Assembly (NCBI GenBank): GCA_026415035.1
Contig: JAOAHX010000014.1
Coordinates: 11 to 64,010, forward strand
DNA length: 64,000 nucleotides
From: Thermodesulfobacteriota bacterium
Lineage (GTDB): Bacteria; Desulfobacterota; BSN033; UBA1163
Direction: 5' to 3'
The translations under genes and the position numbers were made by a program. The notes under the pieces are model-generated. The model made no database searches, was not told the origin of the DNA, and saw only the letters and a list, made by a program, of their open reading frames with translations. Position 1 is the stretch's first letter; each line of letters begins with the position of its first letter. This document shows positions 46,893 to 56,116 of the stretch, in pieces.

Positions 46893-47381
46893 ATGGGAAT
46901 GATCAAGAAGATCTCGGTCTATCCGGAGAAGTGCACGGCCTGTCGTCTGTGCGAGTTGGGGTGTTCGTTCAAGAAGACCGGTGAGTTCAATCCGGTGGCC
47001 TCGAGGGTGAGGGTCTCCATCTTTGGGGAGGACGCCTTCTATACGCCGATCCTCTGCACCCAGTGCGATGAGGCCTGGTGCCTCAAGGCCTGTCCGAGCG
47101 GGGCCATCTCAAGGGATCTCGGGCAGAGGGTGGTGAAGGTGGATCCCCAGCGGTGTGTGGGATGCCGGATGTGCACGATGGCCTGCCCGTTCGGAACGAT
47201 CACCTACGACCCGCAACAGGGAAAGGCGATCAAATGTGACGAGTGCGATGGCCAGCCCGAATGTGTCCTGTTCTGCCCGACGGGTGCCTTGAAGTATGAG
47301 GAAGAATCCATGCCCACCCGGCTCAAACGGGCGATGACCGCTCGGAAGCTCGAGTCTTCCTCGAAGGAGGTGCAGCCATGA
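46893..47381 (+). CDS. 4Fe-4S ferredoxin-type electron-transfer subunit of aldehyde oxidoreductase (AorA-like)
   Basis: Four CxxCxxCxxxCP-type cluster motifs; RBS AAGGAGGG; start ATG 46893 or 46899; stop overlaps AOR start (ATGA). Confidence 0.8.
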   Translation: MGMIKKISVYPEKCTACRLCELGCSFKKTGEFNPVASRVRVSIFGEDAFYTPILCTQCDEAWCLKACPSGAISRDLGQRVVKVDPQRCVGCRMCTMACPFGTITYDPQQGKAIKCDECDGQPECVLFCPTGALKYEEESMPTRLKRAMTARKLESSSKEVQP

Positions 47382-49180
47382 AGGGATGGGTTGGAAAGAT
47401 GTTGAGGGTGAACCTCACCCAAGGAGATTGGAGGGTGGAGGAGCTGGATAGGCAACTCGCCCTGAAGTTCATCGGTGGAAGGGGCCTCGGTTCGAAGATC
47501 CTCTATGACGAGATCGATCCGAGGATCGATCCCCTCAGCCCTCAAAACAAGCTGATCCTCGCCACCGGCCCCCTGACCGGGACGAGCGCCTCGGCAGCCG
47601 GCCGCTATATGGCCATCACGAAATCGCCTCTGACCGGGGCGATCGCCTGTTCCAATTCCGGGGGGCACTTCGGCGCCGAGCTCAAATTCGCCGGATTCGA
47701 TCTGATCATCGTCGAAGGAAAGGCGAAAGAACCGGTCTATCTCTTCGTCGAGGACGGAAAGGTGGAGATCCGCGAGGCGAAACACCTCTGGGGGAAGACG
47801 ACGCATGAGACGACCGACCAGATCCGGGCCGAGACCGATATGGATGCGAAGGTCGCCTGCATCGGCCCTGCCGGAGAGAAACTCGTCCGCTTCGCCTGCA
47901 TCATCAACGATAAACATCGGGCCGCAGGCCGCTCGGGCGTCGGGGCGGTGATGGGTTCGAAAAACCTGAAGGCGATCGCCGTCAAGGGAAGCGGAAGCGT
48001 CTGCATCGCCGACAAGGAGGGTTTCAGGAGGGCAACGCTCGACGGATTCCAGAAGGTGAAGGCCAATCCCGTCACCTCGACGGGTTTGCCCGCCTATGGG
48101 ACCGCGGTCCTGGTCAACGTGATCAACCAGCACGGCCTCTTTCCCACGAGGAACTTCCAGGAGGGGGTCTTCGAAGGCGCCGAGAAGATCAGCGGAGAGA
48201 CCCTTGCCGAACAGATGCTTATCCGGAATCAGGCCTGCTTCGCCTGCCCCATCGCCTGCGGCAGGGTGACGAGATCGAACCACCCCAAATTTGCCTATTC
48301 CGGCGAGGGCCCGGAGTATGAGTCGGACTGGGCCTTGGGGGCCTGTTGTGGCGTGGATAACCTCGATGCGATCGGAAAGGCCAACTACTATTGCGACATC
48401 CTGGGACTCGACCCGATCTCCGCGGGGGTGACGATCGCCTGTGCGATGGAGCTGTTCGAGAGAGGAATTTTGACCTCCAAGGAGGTTGGCCGCTCCCTCT
48501 ATTTCGGAGACGCGGAGGCCATGGTCGAGATGGTGAGGCAGACCGGTTACCGGGAGGGATTCGGCGATGCCTTGGCCGAGGGCTCCTATCGCCTGGCCGA
48601 GAGGTTCGGCCACCCCGAATTTTCGATGAGCGTGAAGAAACAGGAGTTTCCTGCCTATGATGGCCGGGGCGCCCAGGGCATGGGGCTCCAGTACGCCACC
48701 TCCAACCGGGGCGCCTGTCACGTGAGAGGCTACATGATCTCTCCTGAGATTTTAGGGGCTCCCCAGAAACTGGATCCCTTCGAGACGGAGGAGAAGGCGG
48801 GCTGGACCAAGGCCTTTCAGGATACGACTGCCGTGGTCGACTCCTCCGGGATCTGCCTCTTCAACACCTTTGCGATCGGCATCCCGGAGATCGCCGCCTA
48901 TCTGAAGGCGGCCACCGGGGTCGAGATGACCCAGGAGGAGCTGATGAAGGCCGGAGAGAGGGTCTGGAATCTGGAGCGGCTCTTCAATCTGAAGGCGGGG
49001 ATGACGGGGAGAGAGGATCGCCTGCCGGAGAGGATCGTCAAAGAACCCCTGCCCTCGGGCCCTGCCAAGGGTCAGGTGGTCCGGCTCGAAAAGATGTTGC
49101 CAGAATATTACGAGATCCGGGGATGGGACAAGGACGGGGTTCCCACTCCGGAGAAGCTGAAGGAACTCGGGCTGGAATGA
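47378..49180 (+). CDS. Tungsten-containing aldehyde:ferredoxin oxidoreductase family catalytic subunit (AorB-like)
   Basis: 600 aa, AOR N-terminal domain (MLRVNLTQG...FIGGRGLG) and tungstopterin domains ([11 protein letters not shown], GxGxCHVRG-like segments). Confidence 0.92.
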   Translation: MKGWVGKMLRVNLTQGDWRVEELDRQLALKFIGGRGLGSKILYDEIDPRIDPLSPQNKLILATGPLTGTSASAAGRYMAITKSPLTGAIACSNSGGHFGAELKFAGFDLIIVEGKAKEPVYLFVEDGKVEIREAKHLWGKTTHETTDQIRAETDMDAKVACIGPAGEKLVRFACIINDKHRAAGRSGVGAVMGSKNLKAIAVKGSGSVCIADKEGFRRATLDGFQKVKANPVTSTGLPAYGTAVLVNVINQHGLFPTRNFQEGVFEGAEKISGETLAEQMLIRNQACFACPIACGRVTRSNHPKFAYSGEGPEYESDWALGACCGVDNLDAIGKANYYCDILGLDPISAGVTIACAMELFERGILTSKEVGRSLYFGDAEAMVEMVRQTGYREGFGDALAEGSYRLAERFGHPEFSMSVKKQEFPAYDGRGAQGMGLQYATSNRGACHVRGYMISPEILGAPQKLDPFETEEKAGWTKAFQDTTAVVDSSGICLFNTFAIGIPEIAAYLKAATGVEMTQEELMKAGERVWNLERLFNLKAGMTGREDRLPERIVKEPLPSGPAKGQVVRLEKMLPEYYEIRGWDKDGVPTPEKLKELGLE

Positions 49181-49189
49181 GGTGAGCTT

Positions 49190-49229
49190 CCCCCGGCCTC
49201 CGTTTGAAAGGGGGTCGGGGGATTTTTTT
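49190..49229 (+). terminator. Intrinsic terminator/attenuator between aorB-like and aorC-like genes
   Basis: CCCCCGGCC-13 nt loop-GGTCGGGGG stem followed by ATTTTTTTG. Confidence 0.6.
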
Positions 49230-49240
49230 GCGAGGAGGCG

Positions 49241-50512
49241 ATGGCGAGAAAGCGGAGACGAAGGATCGTCATCATCGGTAACAGCGCGGCGGGCCTTTCG
49301 GGCCTCGAGGCCCTGAGGAAGAGGGATCCCGATTGCAGGGTCGTCCTGATCGACGAAGAGCCCTATCCTGCCTATTCCAGGGTGATCACCCCCTACTTCG
49401 TCCTCGGCAGTCTGAAGGAGGAAAGTGGTCTCTTTCTGAGAGACAGGGCCTATTACCGGAGGCTCGGGGTGAAGACCCTTTTCGGCAGGAGGGTGGTCGG
49501 CCTGGATGTTCGAAACCGGGATGTCCTTCTCGACAACGGGAAGAAGGAGCCTTTCGACCTACTATTGATCGCCACCGGGAGCTCCCCGATCCGACCGAAG
49601 ATCCGGGGTGCCAAACCCGACGAGATCCACGTCTTGAGGAGCCTGGAGGATGCCAGGCGTTTGAAAGCCCTTAAGCCGACCATCCGACAGGGGCTCTTCT
49701 TGGGAGGAGGGCTCGTCTCGCTCCAATCCCTTCAGGCCCTCTTTCGAAGGGAGGGCCGCTACACGGTTGTCGTCAAGTCCGACCATCTCCTCTCCCAACA
49801 GCTCGATCCCGAAGGGGCCGAGATGATCGAGAAGCGGCTGAGGGGGATGGGAGTTCAGGTCTTGAAAGGAAGGGATGTGATTCAATTAAAACGGAGGAAA
49901 GGGTCTCTTCGTGCCGTCCTCGATACCGGCGAGGAGCTGGAGACCGACTTTCTCTTCGCAGGTAAGGGGGTCCGTCCCAATATCGACTTCCTCAGGGGGA
50001 CGGGCATCGAGACCAAAGGCGGGATCCTGGTGAACCGGCAGATGGAGACGAACATCGAGGGCATCTATGCCGCGGGGGATGTGGCGGTGGCCCCGGACTT
50101 CTTCTCTGGCGAAGAGGTCCTTTATGGGTTATGGTCTTCTGCGGTGGAGCAGGGAGCGGTGGCGGGAACGAATATGGCCGGCCAGGGGGTCGATTACGAA
50201 GGCAACCTGAAGATGAACGTGACGCGGATCTTCGCCGTACCCGTGGCTTCGATCGGCGAGGTCCGCTCCACCCGGGTGGCCGAGAGCCTGGTCCGAAAAG
50301 ACGAGAGGAGGGGGATCTACCGGAAGTTCTGTTTCGATGGGCAAGGGAGGCTTATCGGAGCGATCCTGATCGAGGAGGTGGAAGACTTAGGAGTGATCCA
50401 AGGCCTCATCAGGAAGAGAAAGGACGGGGCGATCCTCAAAACCCGCTCCCTCTGGAGATCGCCGGTCAACTACGGATTGGTCTTTAAAGGCCTTTTGCAG
50501 GGCAGGCCCTGA
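49241..50512 (+). CDS. FAD-dependent pyridine nucleotide-disulfide oxidoreductase (AorC-like NAD(P)-linked subunit)
   Basis: RIVIIGNSAAGLSGLEAL FAD Rossmann, second GxGxxG-like NAD fold (LFLGGGLVSL), AAGDVA motif. Confidence 0.8.
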   Translation: MARKRRRRIVIIGNSAAGLSGLEALRKRDPDCRVVLIDEEPYPAYSRVITPYFVLGSLKEESGLFLRDRAYYRRLGVKTLFGRRVVGLDVRNRDVLLDNGKKEPFDLLLIATGSSPIRPKIRGAKPDEIHVLRSLEDARRLKALKPTIRQGLFLGGGLVSLQSLQALFRREGRYTVVVKSDHLLSQQLDPEGAEMIEKRLRGMGVQVLKGRDVIQLKRRKGSLRAVLDTGEELETDFLFAGKGVRPNIDFLRGTGIETKGGILVNRQMETNIEGIYAAGDVAVAPDFFSGEEVLYGLWSSAVEQGAVAGTNMAGQGVDYEGNLKMNVTRIFAVPVASIGEVRSTRVAESLVRKDERRGIYRKFCFDGQGRLIGAILIEEVEDLGVIQGLIRKRKDGAILKTRSLWRSPVNYGLVFKGLLQGRP

Positions 50513-50549
50513 AAAAAAGGCTACATCTTACGACGGAGGAGGAGGGCCT

Positions 50550-51212
50550 ATGCGAATCCGAGAGGTGATGACGCACAATCCGATCACAGTCCATCCCGAC
50601 ACATTGGTTCTTCAGGCTCAACAGCTGATGAACGAAAAGAGGATCCGAAGGCTTCCGGTCGTCGATTCGAAGGGAAAACTGGTGGGGATCCTCACCAAAT
50701 ATGACCTTCAGGAGGCCATTCCCCCGAAGGGGAGCTTTACCAATCTCTACGAGATGAATCAACTCCTTTCGAAGATCAAAGTGAAGGACCTGATGAAGAA
50801 GCACCCCGTCACCGTGACGCCCTACACCCCGGTCGAGGATGCCCTGAGACTGGGCCAGGAGAAGAAGATCGGGGCATTTCCGGTCGTGGAGGACGGAAAG
50901 TTGGTGGGGATCGCCACCGAATCCGATATCGTCAGGTTTCTCATCAAGCTCCTCGGGATCGGAGAGGAGGGGACGAGAATCACCATCACCGGCCTCGGAG
51001 AGCGATTCGGCGAGCTGGAGCGGATCATCGCGGTGGCGAACCAGCATCGGGTGACCATCCTGAGCATGATCCTCGTCCCCAGACAGAGCAAGGGAGACTG
51101 GCTGGTCGCCCTCCGCTTGGATACGAAGAATCCAAGGGCCATCATCCAGAGCCTCAAAAAAGAGGGCTTTCACGTCACCTGGGCCGTCGCCTCGGTCAAA
51201 GAGGAGTGGTGA
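50550..51212 (+). CDS. CBS-pair domain protein with C-terminal ACT-like domain
   Basis: Two CBS motifs (VMTHNPITV..RRLPVVD; DLMKKHPVTV..GAFPVVEDGKLVGI) plus C-terminal ~80-aa domain. Confidence 0.8.
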   Translation: MRIREVMTHNPITVHPDTLVLQAQQLMNEKRIRRLPVVDSKGKLVGILTKYDLQEAIPPKGSFTNLYEMNQLLSKIKVKDLMKKHPVTVTPYTPVEDALRLGQEKKIGAFPVVEDGKLVGIATESDIVRFLIKLLGIGEEGTRITITGLGERFGELERIIAVANQHRVTILSMILVPRQSKGDWLVALRLDTKNPRAIIQSLKKEGFHVTWAVASVKEEW

Positions 51213-51248
51213 TCGAAGGGCCCTCGAAGGATTGGAAAGGAGGACGAG

Positions 51249-51791
51249 ATGGAGTTGATGGAAGCCATCAAGGGGAGACGGAGCATCCGGAGATACAGGC
51301 CCGATCCGGTGCCGGAGGAGGCCCTGAGGACGATCCTCGAGGCGGTGAGGTGGTCTCCCTCCTGGGCCAATACGCAGTGCTGGGAGGTCGTCGTGGTGAG
51401 GGATCCCGTGGTGAAGGCGGAGTTGGCGGCGACCCTCACCCCCACGAACCCCGCGCGGTCCGCGATGACGGAGGCGCCGCTGGTCATCGTCCTTTGCGGG
51501 AAGAAAGGGGTCTCGGGGTTCAAGAAAGGGGAGGCCATGACCGTCAAGGGGGATTGGCTGATGTTCGATACCGGAATGGCGATGCAATCCCTCTGTCTGG
51601 CAGCCCATGCCTTGGGTTTGGCGACGGTGGTGGTCGGGCTGTTCGATCACAGAAAGGCAGAGGCCATCCTAACTGTCCCGCCCGACCGGGAGGTGGTGGC
51701 CATGACGCCCCTTGGGTACCCCGCCTCCGAGGCCACCCCGCCGAAGCGGAAGGAGCTCTCGGAATTCGTCTTTCAGGACCGGTATCATTGA
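51249..51791 (+). CDS. Nitroreductase-family flavoprotein
   Basis: RRSIRRYRPDPVPEE, SPSWANTQCWE motifs of NfsB-like nitroreductases. Confidence 0.85.
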   Translation: MELMEAIKGRRSIRRYRPDPVPEEALRTILEAVRWSPSWANTQCWEVVVVRDPVVKAELAATLTPTNPARSAMTEAPLVIVLCGKKGVSGFKKGEAMTVKGDWLMFDTGMAMQSLCLAAHALGLATVVVGLFDHRKAEAILTVPPDREVVAMTPLGYPASEATPPKRKELSEFVFQDRYH

Positions 51792-51842
51792 GCGGACCGC
51801 CGGGGTCCCGCGGGATTACGTTTCAAGGGGAGAGGACCGACC

Positions 51843-53048
51843 ATGATCCCTGAGGAGATGCTTCGTTCGCTCGTCGTGAGGAATGGATCGAAGTTGGTGA
51901 TGCTCGTCCTCGACGGGCTCGGTGGGTTGCCCGTCCGGGGCAGGACCGAACTGGAGGCGGCAAAGACCCCGAATCTCGACCGGCTCGCCTCGAAATCGGC
52001 CTGCGGGCTGATCGATCCCCTTTCTTACGGGATCACGCCGGGCAGCGGCCCTTCGCACCTCGCCCTGTTCGGTTACGATCCCTTCCGGTACGAGATCGGC
52101 CGGGGGGTGATGGAGGCCCTTGGCATCGGATTGGATTTGACCGAGGAGGATTTAACGGCCAGGGGAAATTTCGCCACCCTCGACGAGGCCGGCCTGATCG
52201 TGGATCGCCGCGCGGGAAGGATCTCGACCGAGACGAACCAGAGGCTCTGTGAATTTCTCCAGAGGGAGATCCGGGAGGTCAACGGGGTGAGGGTCTCGAT
52301 CCACCCGGGCAAAGAACACCGGTTCGTGATCGTCTTTAGAGGGGAAGGGTTGCGGGACGACCTCTCCGATGCCGATCCTCAGAAGGAAGGGGAGAAGGCC
52401 AAGGGCACCGAACCTCTCACGGCCGAGGCTCAGAGGACCGCCCAGATCGTCAATGCTTACCTTCAGAAGGCGACCGAAGTGTTAAAGGGTTCGCATCCGG
52501 CGAATACGATCCTCCTGAGAGGGTTTTCCAAGATTCCAAAAATTCCTTCGATGTTCGAGCGGTTTGGCCTAAAATCGGCGGCCATCGCCACCTATCCGAT
52601 GTATCGAGGGTTGGCCAGGTTGGTGGGGATGGAGGTCCTTCCCACCGGGGAGACCTTTAAAGAGGAGATAGAGACCCTCAGAACCCATTACGAGGAATAC
52701 GACTTCTTTTACCTCCACTTCAAAAAGACCGATTCGGCAGGCGAGGATGGGGATTTCAAAAGGAAGGTGAAGGCGATCGAGGAGGTCGACCGGCTCCTTC
52801 CCTCGCTGCTCCGATTGAAACCGGATGTCTTGGTCATCACCGGAGATCACTCTACCCCCGCCCTTCTCAAATCTCACAGCTGGCATCCCAACCCGATCCT
52901 CCTCCATTCGGGATACGAACGGCCCGACGGGATCCGCAGGTTCACCGAACGCCAATGTCAGAGAGGACAGCTGGGCAGGCTCCCGGCCGTGGCGATCCTG
53001 CCCCTCATGCTGGCCAACGGGTTGAGGCTGAAGAAGTTCGGGGCCTGA
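51843..53048 (+). CDS. apgM: 2,3-bisphosphoglycerate-independent phosphoglycerate mutase, archaeal type
   Basis: LVLDGLGG...TPNLD...PGSGPSHLALFGYDP, metal-binding ITGDHSTP; ApgM-like layout. Confidence 0.8.
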   Translation: MIPEEMLRSLVVRNGSKLVMLVLDGLGGLPVRGRTELEAAKTPNLDRLASKSACGLIDPLSYGITPGSGPSHLALFGYDPFRYEIGRGVMEALGIGLDLTEEDLTARGNFATLDEAGLIVDRRAGRISTETNQRLCEFLQREIREVNGVRVSIHPGKEHRFVIVFRGEGLRDDLSDADPQKEGEKAKGTEPLTAEAQRTAQIVNAYLQKATEVLKGSHPANTILLRGFSKIPKIPSMFERFGLKSAAIATYPMYRGLARLVGMEVLPTGETFKEEIETLRTHYEEYDFFYLHFKKTDSAGEDGDFKRKVKAIEEVDRLLPSLLRLKPDVLVITGDHSTPALLKSHSWHPNPILLHSGYERPDGIRRFTERQCQRGQLGRLPAVAILPLMLANGLRLKKFGA

Positions 53049-53059
53049 GGGTCGAAAGG

Positions 53060-54007
53060 ATGAAACCCTTCAAGTACCTATACGGCCCCGTGCCCTCAAG
53101 GCGCCTCGGCAGATCCCTCGGAATCGACCTCGTCCCCCACAAGGTCTGCACCTATGACTGCATCTATTGCCAGGTCGGGAGGACGACCCTCAAGAGCCTG
53201 ACCCGCAAGGCCTACGTGCCGGTCCAAGAGGTCCTTGAGGAGATCGACCGCTTTCTGAGGCAGGGCCCGACCGCCCTCGATCACCTCTCCCTCTCGGGCT
53301 CCGGAGAGCCCACGCTCCACGCAGAGATAGGCCAACTCATCGCCGGGGTCAAGGCCCTGACGCCGATCCCGGTGGCCGTCCTCACCAACGGGTCGCTCCT
53401 CTATCTCGAGGAGGTTCGAGAGGATCTCCGCGAGGCCGATGTGGTCCTTCCCTCCCTCGATGCCGCCTCTCCCGAGGTGTTCGAGAGGATCAACCGGCCG
53501 GCGGAGGGGATCTCTGTCGAACAGGTGATCGAAGGATTAATCCGGTTCCGAAAGGTCTATCCCAACCAGCTCTGGCTCGAACTTCTCTTCTGCCATGGCG
53601 TCAACGACCACCCGGCAGAGTTGTCCAGGATGAAGGAGGCCGTCGAACGGATCGAGCCCGATCAGATCCACCTCAACACGGTCGTTCGACCTCCCGCGGA
53701 GCGGTGGGCGAGGCCTTTGAGCCCGGCCGAGATGGAGAGGATCCGTGACTTCTTCGGCGGGAGGGCTGTGGTCATCTCCGAATTCGATCGCCATCCCCTG
53801 ACGATGCCGGAGCGGAAGGTGGAGGAGGAGATTTTAGCGATCCTTCGGCGAAGACCCCTTTCGATCGAGGACCTTTCGAGGGGGATGGGAATGGATCGGG
53901 AAGAACTGGAGCGTTTCCTCGGTCCCCTTCTAAGGGATGGAAAGATCGAACTGAAACGATTCGGTGAGGATCTCTACTATGGGCTTCCGAAGAAGTCTGA
54001 CCTCTGA
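53060..54007 (+). CDS. Radical SAM enzyme with C-terminal winged-helix-like domain, function unknown
   Basis: CTYDCIYC (Cx3Cx2C) cluster motif, SGSGEPTL SAM-binding GGE-like motif; N-terminal YGPVPSRRLGRSLGI box; C-terminal LSIEDLSRGMGMDREELERFLGPLLRDGKIE. Confidence 0.8.
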   Translation: MKPFKYLYGPVPSRRLGRSLGIDLVPHKVCTYDCIYCQVGRTTLKSLTRKAYVPVQEVLEEIDRFLRQGPTALDHLSLSGSGEPTLHAEIGQLIAGVKALTPIPVAVLTNGSLLYLEEVREDLREADVVLPSLDAASPEVFERINRPAEGISVEQVIEGLIRFRKVYPNQLWLELLFCHGVNDHPAELSRMKEAVERIEPDQIHLNTVVRPPAERWARPLSPAEMERIRDFFGGRAVVISEFDRHPLTMPERKVEEEILAILRRRPLSIEDLSRGMGMDREELERFLGPLLRDGKIELKRFGEDLYYGLPKKSDL

Positions 54008-54010
54008 CCC

Positions 54011-54292
54011 TCATAGGGCGGCGATGGCCTTTTCGATCTTCTTCTGAAGGCCTTCGTCGACCTGTCCTCTTCTCCAGGCCCAGCTGGCCTCGATTTCGGA
54101 ACGAGAGAGCTCGACTTCCGTGCTCCTGTTCCTCTTGGACAGGGTGAAGACGTAGGAGAAGTCGACCTTCCTCATCCGATCGATGACGACCTCCGGATCG
54201 GTCTCCTGGATGATCCGGTCGACCAAGGATTTGACCTCTCCCTTATCATCGAATACGCTGATGCCTTCGAAGGGGTCGTATTGCGAGGCCAC
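54011..54292 (-). CDS. Hypothetical protein (93 aa) downstream of DUF35/thiolase pair
   Basis: 22 nt after upstream gene on same strand; no family recognised. Confidence 0.4.
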   Translation of the reverse strand: MASQYDPFEGISVFDDKGEVKSLVDRIIQETDPEVVIDRMRKVDFSYVFTLSKRNRSTEVELSRSEIEASWAWRRGQVDEGLQKKIEKAIAAL

Positions 54293-54314
54293 GCCACTTC
54301 TCCCATAAGATCGA

Positions 54315-54728
54315 TCACACCTTGACGATTTCGAACGAGAGCTGGCCGTCCTCGTAGGTGACCGGTTTGACCGAGACCTCCATCCCTACCCGGATCTCCT
54401 CGGGCTTCAATGCCTTGGTCACCCTGGCAAAGAGTTTGAGACCGTCGCCGTAATCGACCACGCCCATCGTATAGGGAGGGTCGGCTTCAAAGCCAAAGGG
54501 GGCATAGTAGGCCGTGGTGAAGGTCTCGAGCCTACCTTTGGGTGGCATCTCGAACCAGTCCATCTGATTGGAGAAGCACTTGGCGCAGTCGGCCCTCGGT
54601 GGAAAGTACCTGGCCCCACACCCTTTGCAGATCGTCCCTTTGATCTTTCCTTCTGCGAGAAAATCGACAAATTTGGCGGTCTTGGTGGTCGCGGTGAAGC
54701 TCTTTCTCCCGAATTTTTCGAACCCCAT
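54315..54728 (-). CDS. DUF35 zinc-ribbon/OB-fold protein (thiolase partner)
   Basis: CKGCG-x10-CAKC rubredoxin-like ribbon followed by OB-fold; 3-nt gap after thiolase. Confidence 0.8.
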   Translation of the reverse strand: MGFEKFGRKSFTATTKTAKFVDFLAEGKIKGTICKGCGARYFPPRADCAKCFSNQMDWFEMPPKGRLETFTTAYYAPFGFEADPPYTMGVVDYGDGLKLFARVTKALKPEEIRVGMEVSVKPVTYEDGQLSFEIVKV

Positions 54729-54731
54729 AAC

Positions 54732-55913
54732 TTACCTCCCCAGGATGGTGACATTTCCGTAGAGCCCGACGCCCCCGATGTTGTGCACCACACCGATGTC
54801 GGGCTCGCCAGGAACCTGCATGGGGCCCGCTTCCCCCCGAAGCTGCAGCACGATGGTTCGGATCTGAGAGCCGCCGGTGGCCCCGATGGGATGTCCTTTT
54901 GAAAGGAGACCGCCGTCCACATTGACGGGGATCCTCCCCTCTTTGTAGGTGGCCTTTTCACGGATGAGCTGTTTGCCTTCTCCGATGGGTGCGAATCCTA
55001 AACCTTCGTAGGCCATGATCTCGGCAATGGTGAAACAGTCGTGAACCTCGGCCACCTTGACGTCCTTGGGAGTGATGCCTGCCATTTTATAAGCCTGGGC
55101 CGCTGCAGCATGGCCCACGCTCAGGCCTTGGGTAAAATCGGGACGGGCGGCCATGTTGACCGACTCCGAAGCCGTGCCGATGCCCAGGATCCAGACCGGT
55201 TTCTTGGAAAAGATTTTGGCTTTCTCGGCATTGGCGAGGATGATGCAGGAGCTTCCATCGGCATTGGCGCAGCAGTCGCCCACCCGGAGGGGCCAGGCCA
55301 CCGGGCCCGCCATTTTGGCCTCGGGATCGCCCGGTTTGAAATCCTCGGGCTTGACGGGCTTGCGGTAAACGGCCCGATCGTTGATCACACCATAGACCGA
55401 CGATTTGATCCTCACGTTCATCAGGTCCTCATGGGTCAGCCCGTGTTTGGCCATATAGGCCTGGGCATAGAGGGCATAATAGGCGGGCATCATCGTTCCG
55501 AAAGGCGCCTCCCACTGGATGTCCGCCCCCCGACCCATTCGCTCCTGGGATTCGGCCGACGAGATCTCGGACATCTTCTGGAATCCGAGGACGACGACCA
55601 CGTCGTGGAGTCCGGCCTTGATCATGCTATAAGCCACCTTGACCCCGGTGCTGCTTGAAGAGCAGACCGTTTCCACATAAAGGGTGGGTTGAGGGATGAG
55701 CCCAAGATATTCTGCAAGCACACCAGCCGGGGAGCGCTGCTTGTCGTATTCGGGAGCCGAGCAGAAGACCGAGGCATCCACGTCCTTCTGGGTAATGCCC
55801 GCATCGTTCATGGCTTCCCTGAAGGCCTCGAAGGCCAGCTCACGGATCGACCCTTCATACCCCCTCACAAACGAGGATTGACCCACACCGATGATGGCTA
55901 CTTCCTTTTTCAT
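54732..55913 (-). CDS. SCP-x-type thiolase (thiolase-fold condensing/cleaving enzyme)
   Basis: Thiolase fold with active Cys in VETVCSSSSTGV, C-terminal HNIGGVG; start MKKEVAII after upstream in-frame extension. Confidence 0.88.
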   Translation of the reverse strand: MKKEVAIIGVGQSSFVRGYEGSIRELAFEAFREAMNDAGITQKDVDASVFCSAPEYDKQRSPAGVLAEYLGLIPQPTLYVETVCSSSSTGVKVAYSMIKAGLHDVVVVLGFQKMSEISSAESQERMGRGADIQWEAPFGTMMPAYYALYAQAYMAKHGLTHEDLMNVRIKSSVYGVINDRAVYRKPVKPEDFKPGDPEAKMAGPVAWPLRVGDCCANADGSSCIILANAEKAKIFSKKPVWILGIGTASESVNMAARPDFTQGLSVGHAAAAQAYKMAGITPKDVKVAEVHDCFTIAEIMAYEGLGFAPIGEGKQLIREKATYKEGRIPVNVDGGLLSKGHPIGATGGSQIRTIVLQLRGEAGPMQVPGEPDIGVVHNIGGVGLYGNVTILGR

Positions 55914-56116
55914 CGAAGGCCTCCCTTCCGTGATCAATTGGTGTTCTAACATAATCGAGAGATCCGTTCCTTGTCAAGGGTGGAAATCGAACGAAAGAAT
56001 AAAAGGATCGGTCATTTGACATTGGCGGAACAGGCCTTTTAAGATGGATAGAAAGACCGAAGAGGGACGTTCGGGGCAGTTCGGGTCCCGATCCTTAATA
56101 ATTGAAAGGAAGGACG

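Noticed and set aside
47204-48721. 505-aa minus-strand ORF opposite the AOR catalytic subunit
   Set aside because: Antisense artefact; the plus frame carries unmistakable AOR motifs.
50484-51650. 388-aa minus-strand ORF across the aorC end, CBS and nitroreductase genes
   Set aside because: Antisense artefact; H/R/G/P-rich product with no homology pattern; the plus-strand genes are well supported.
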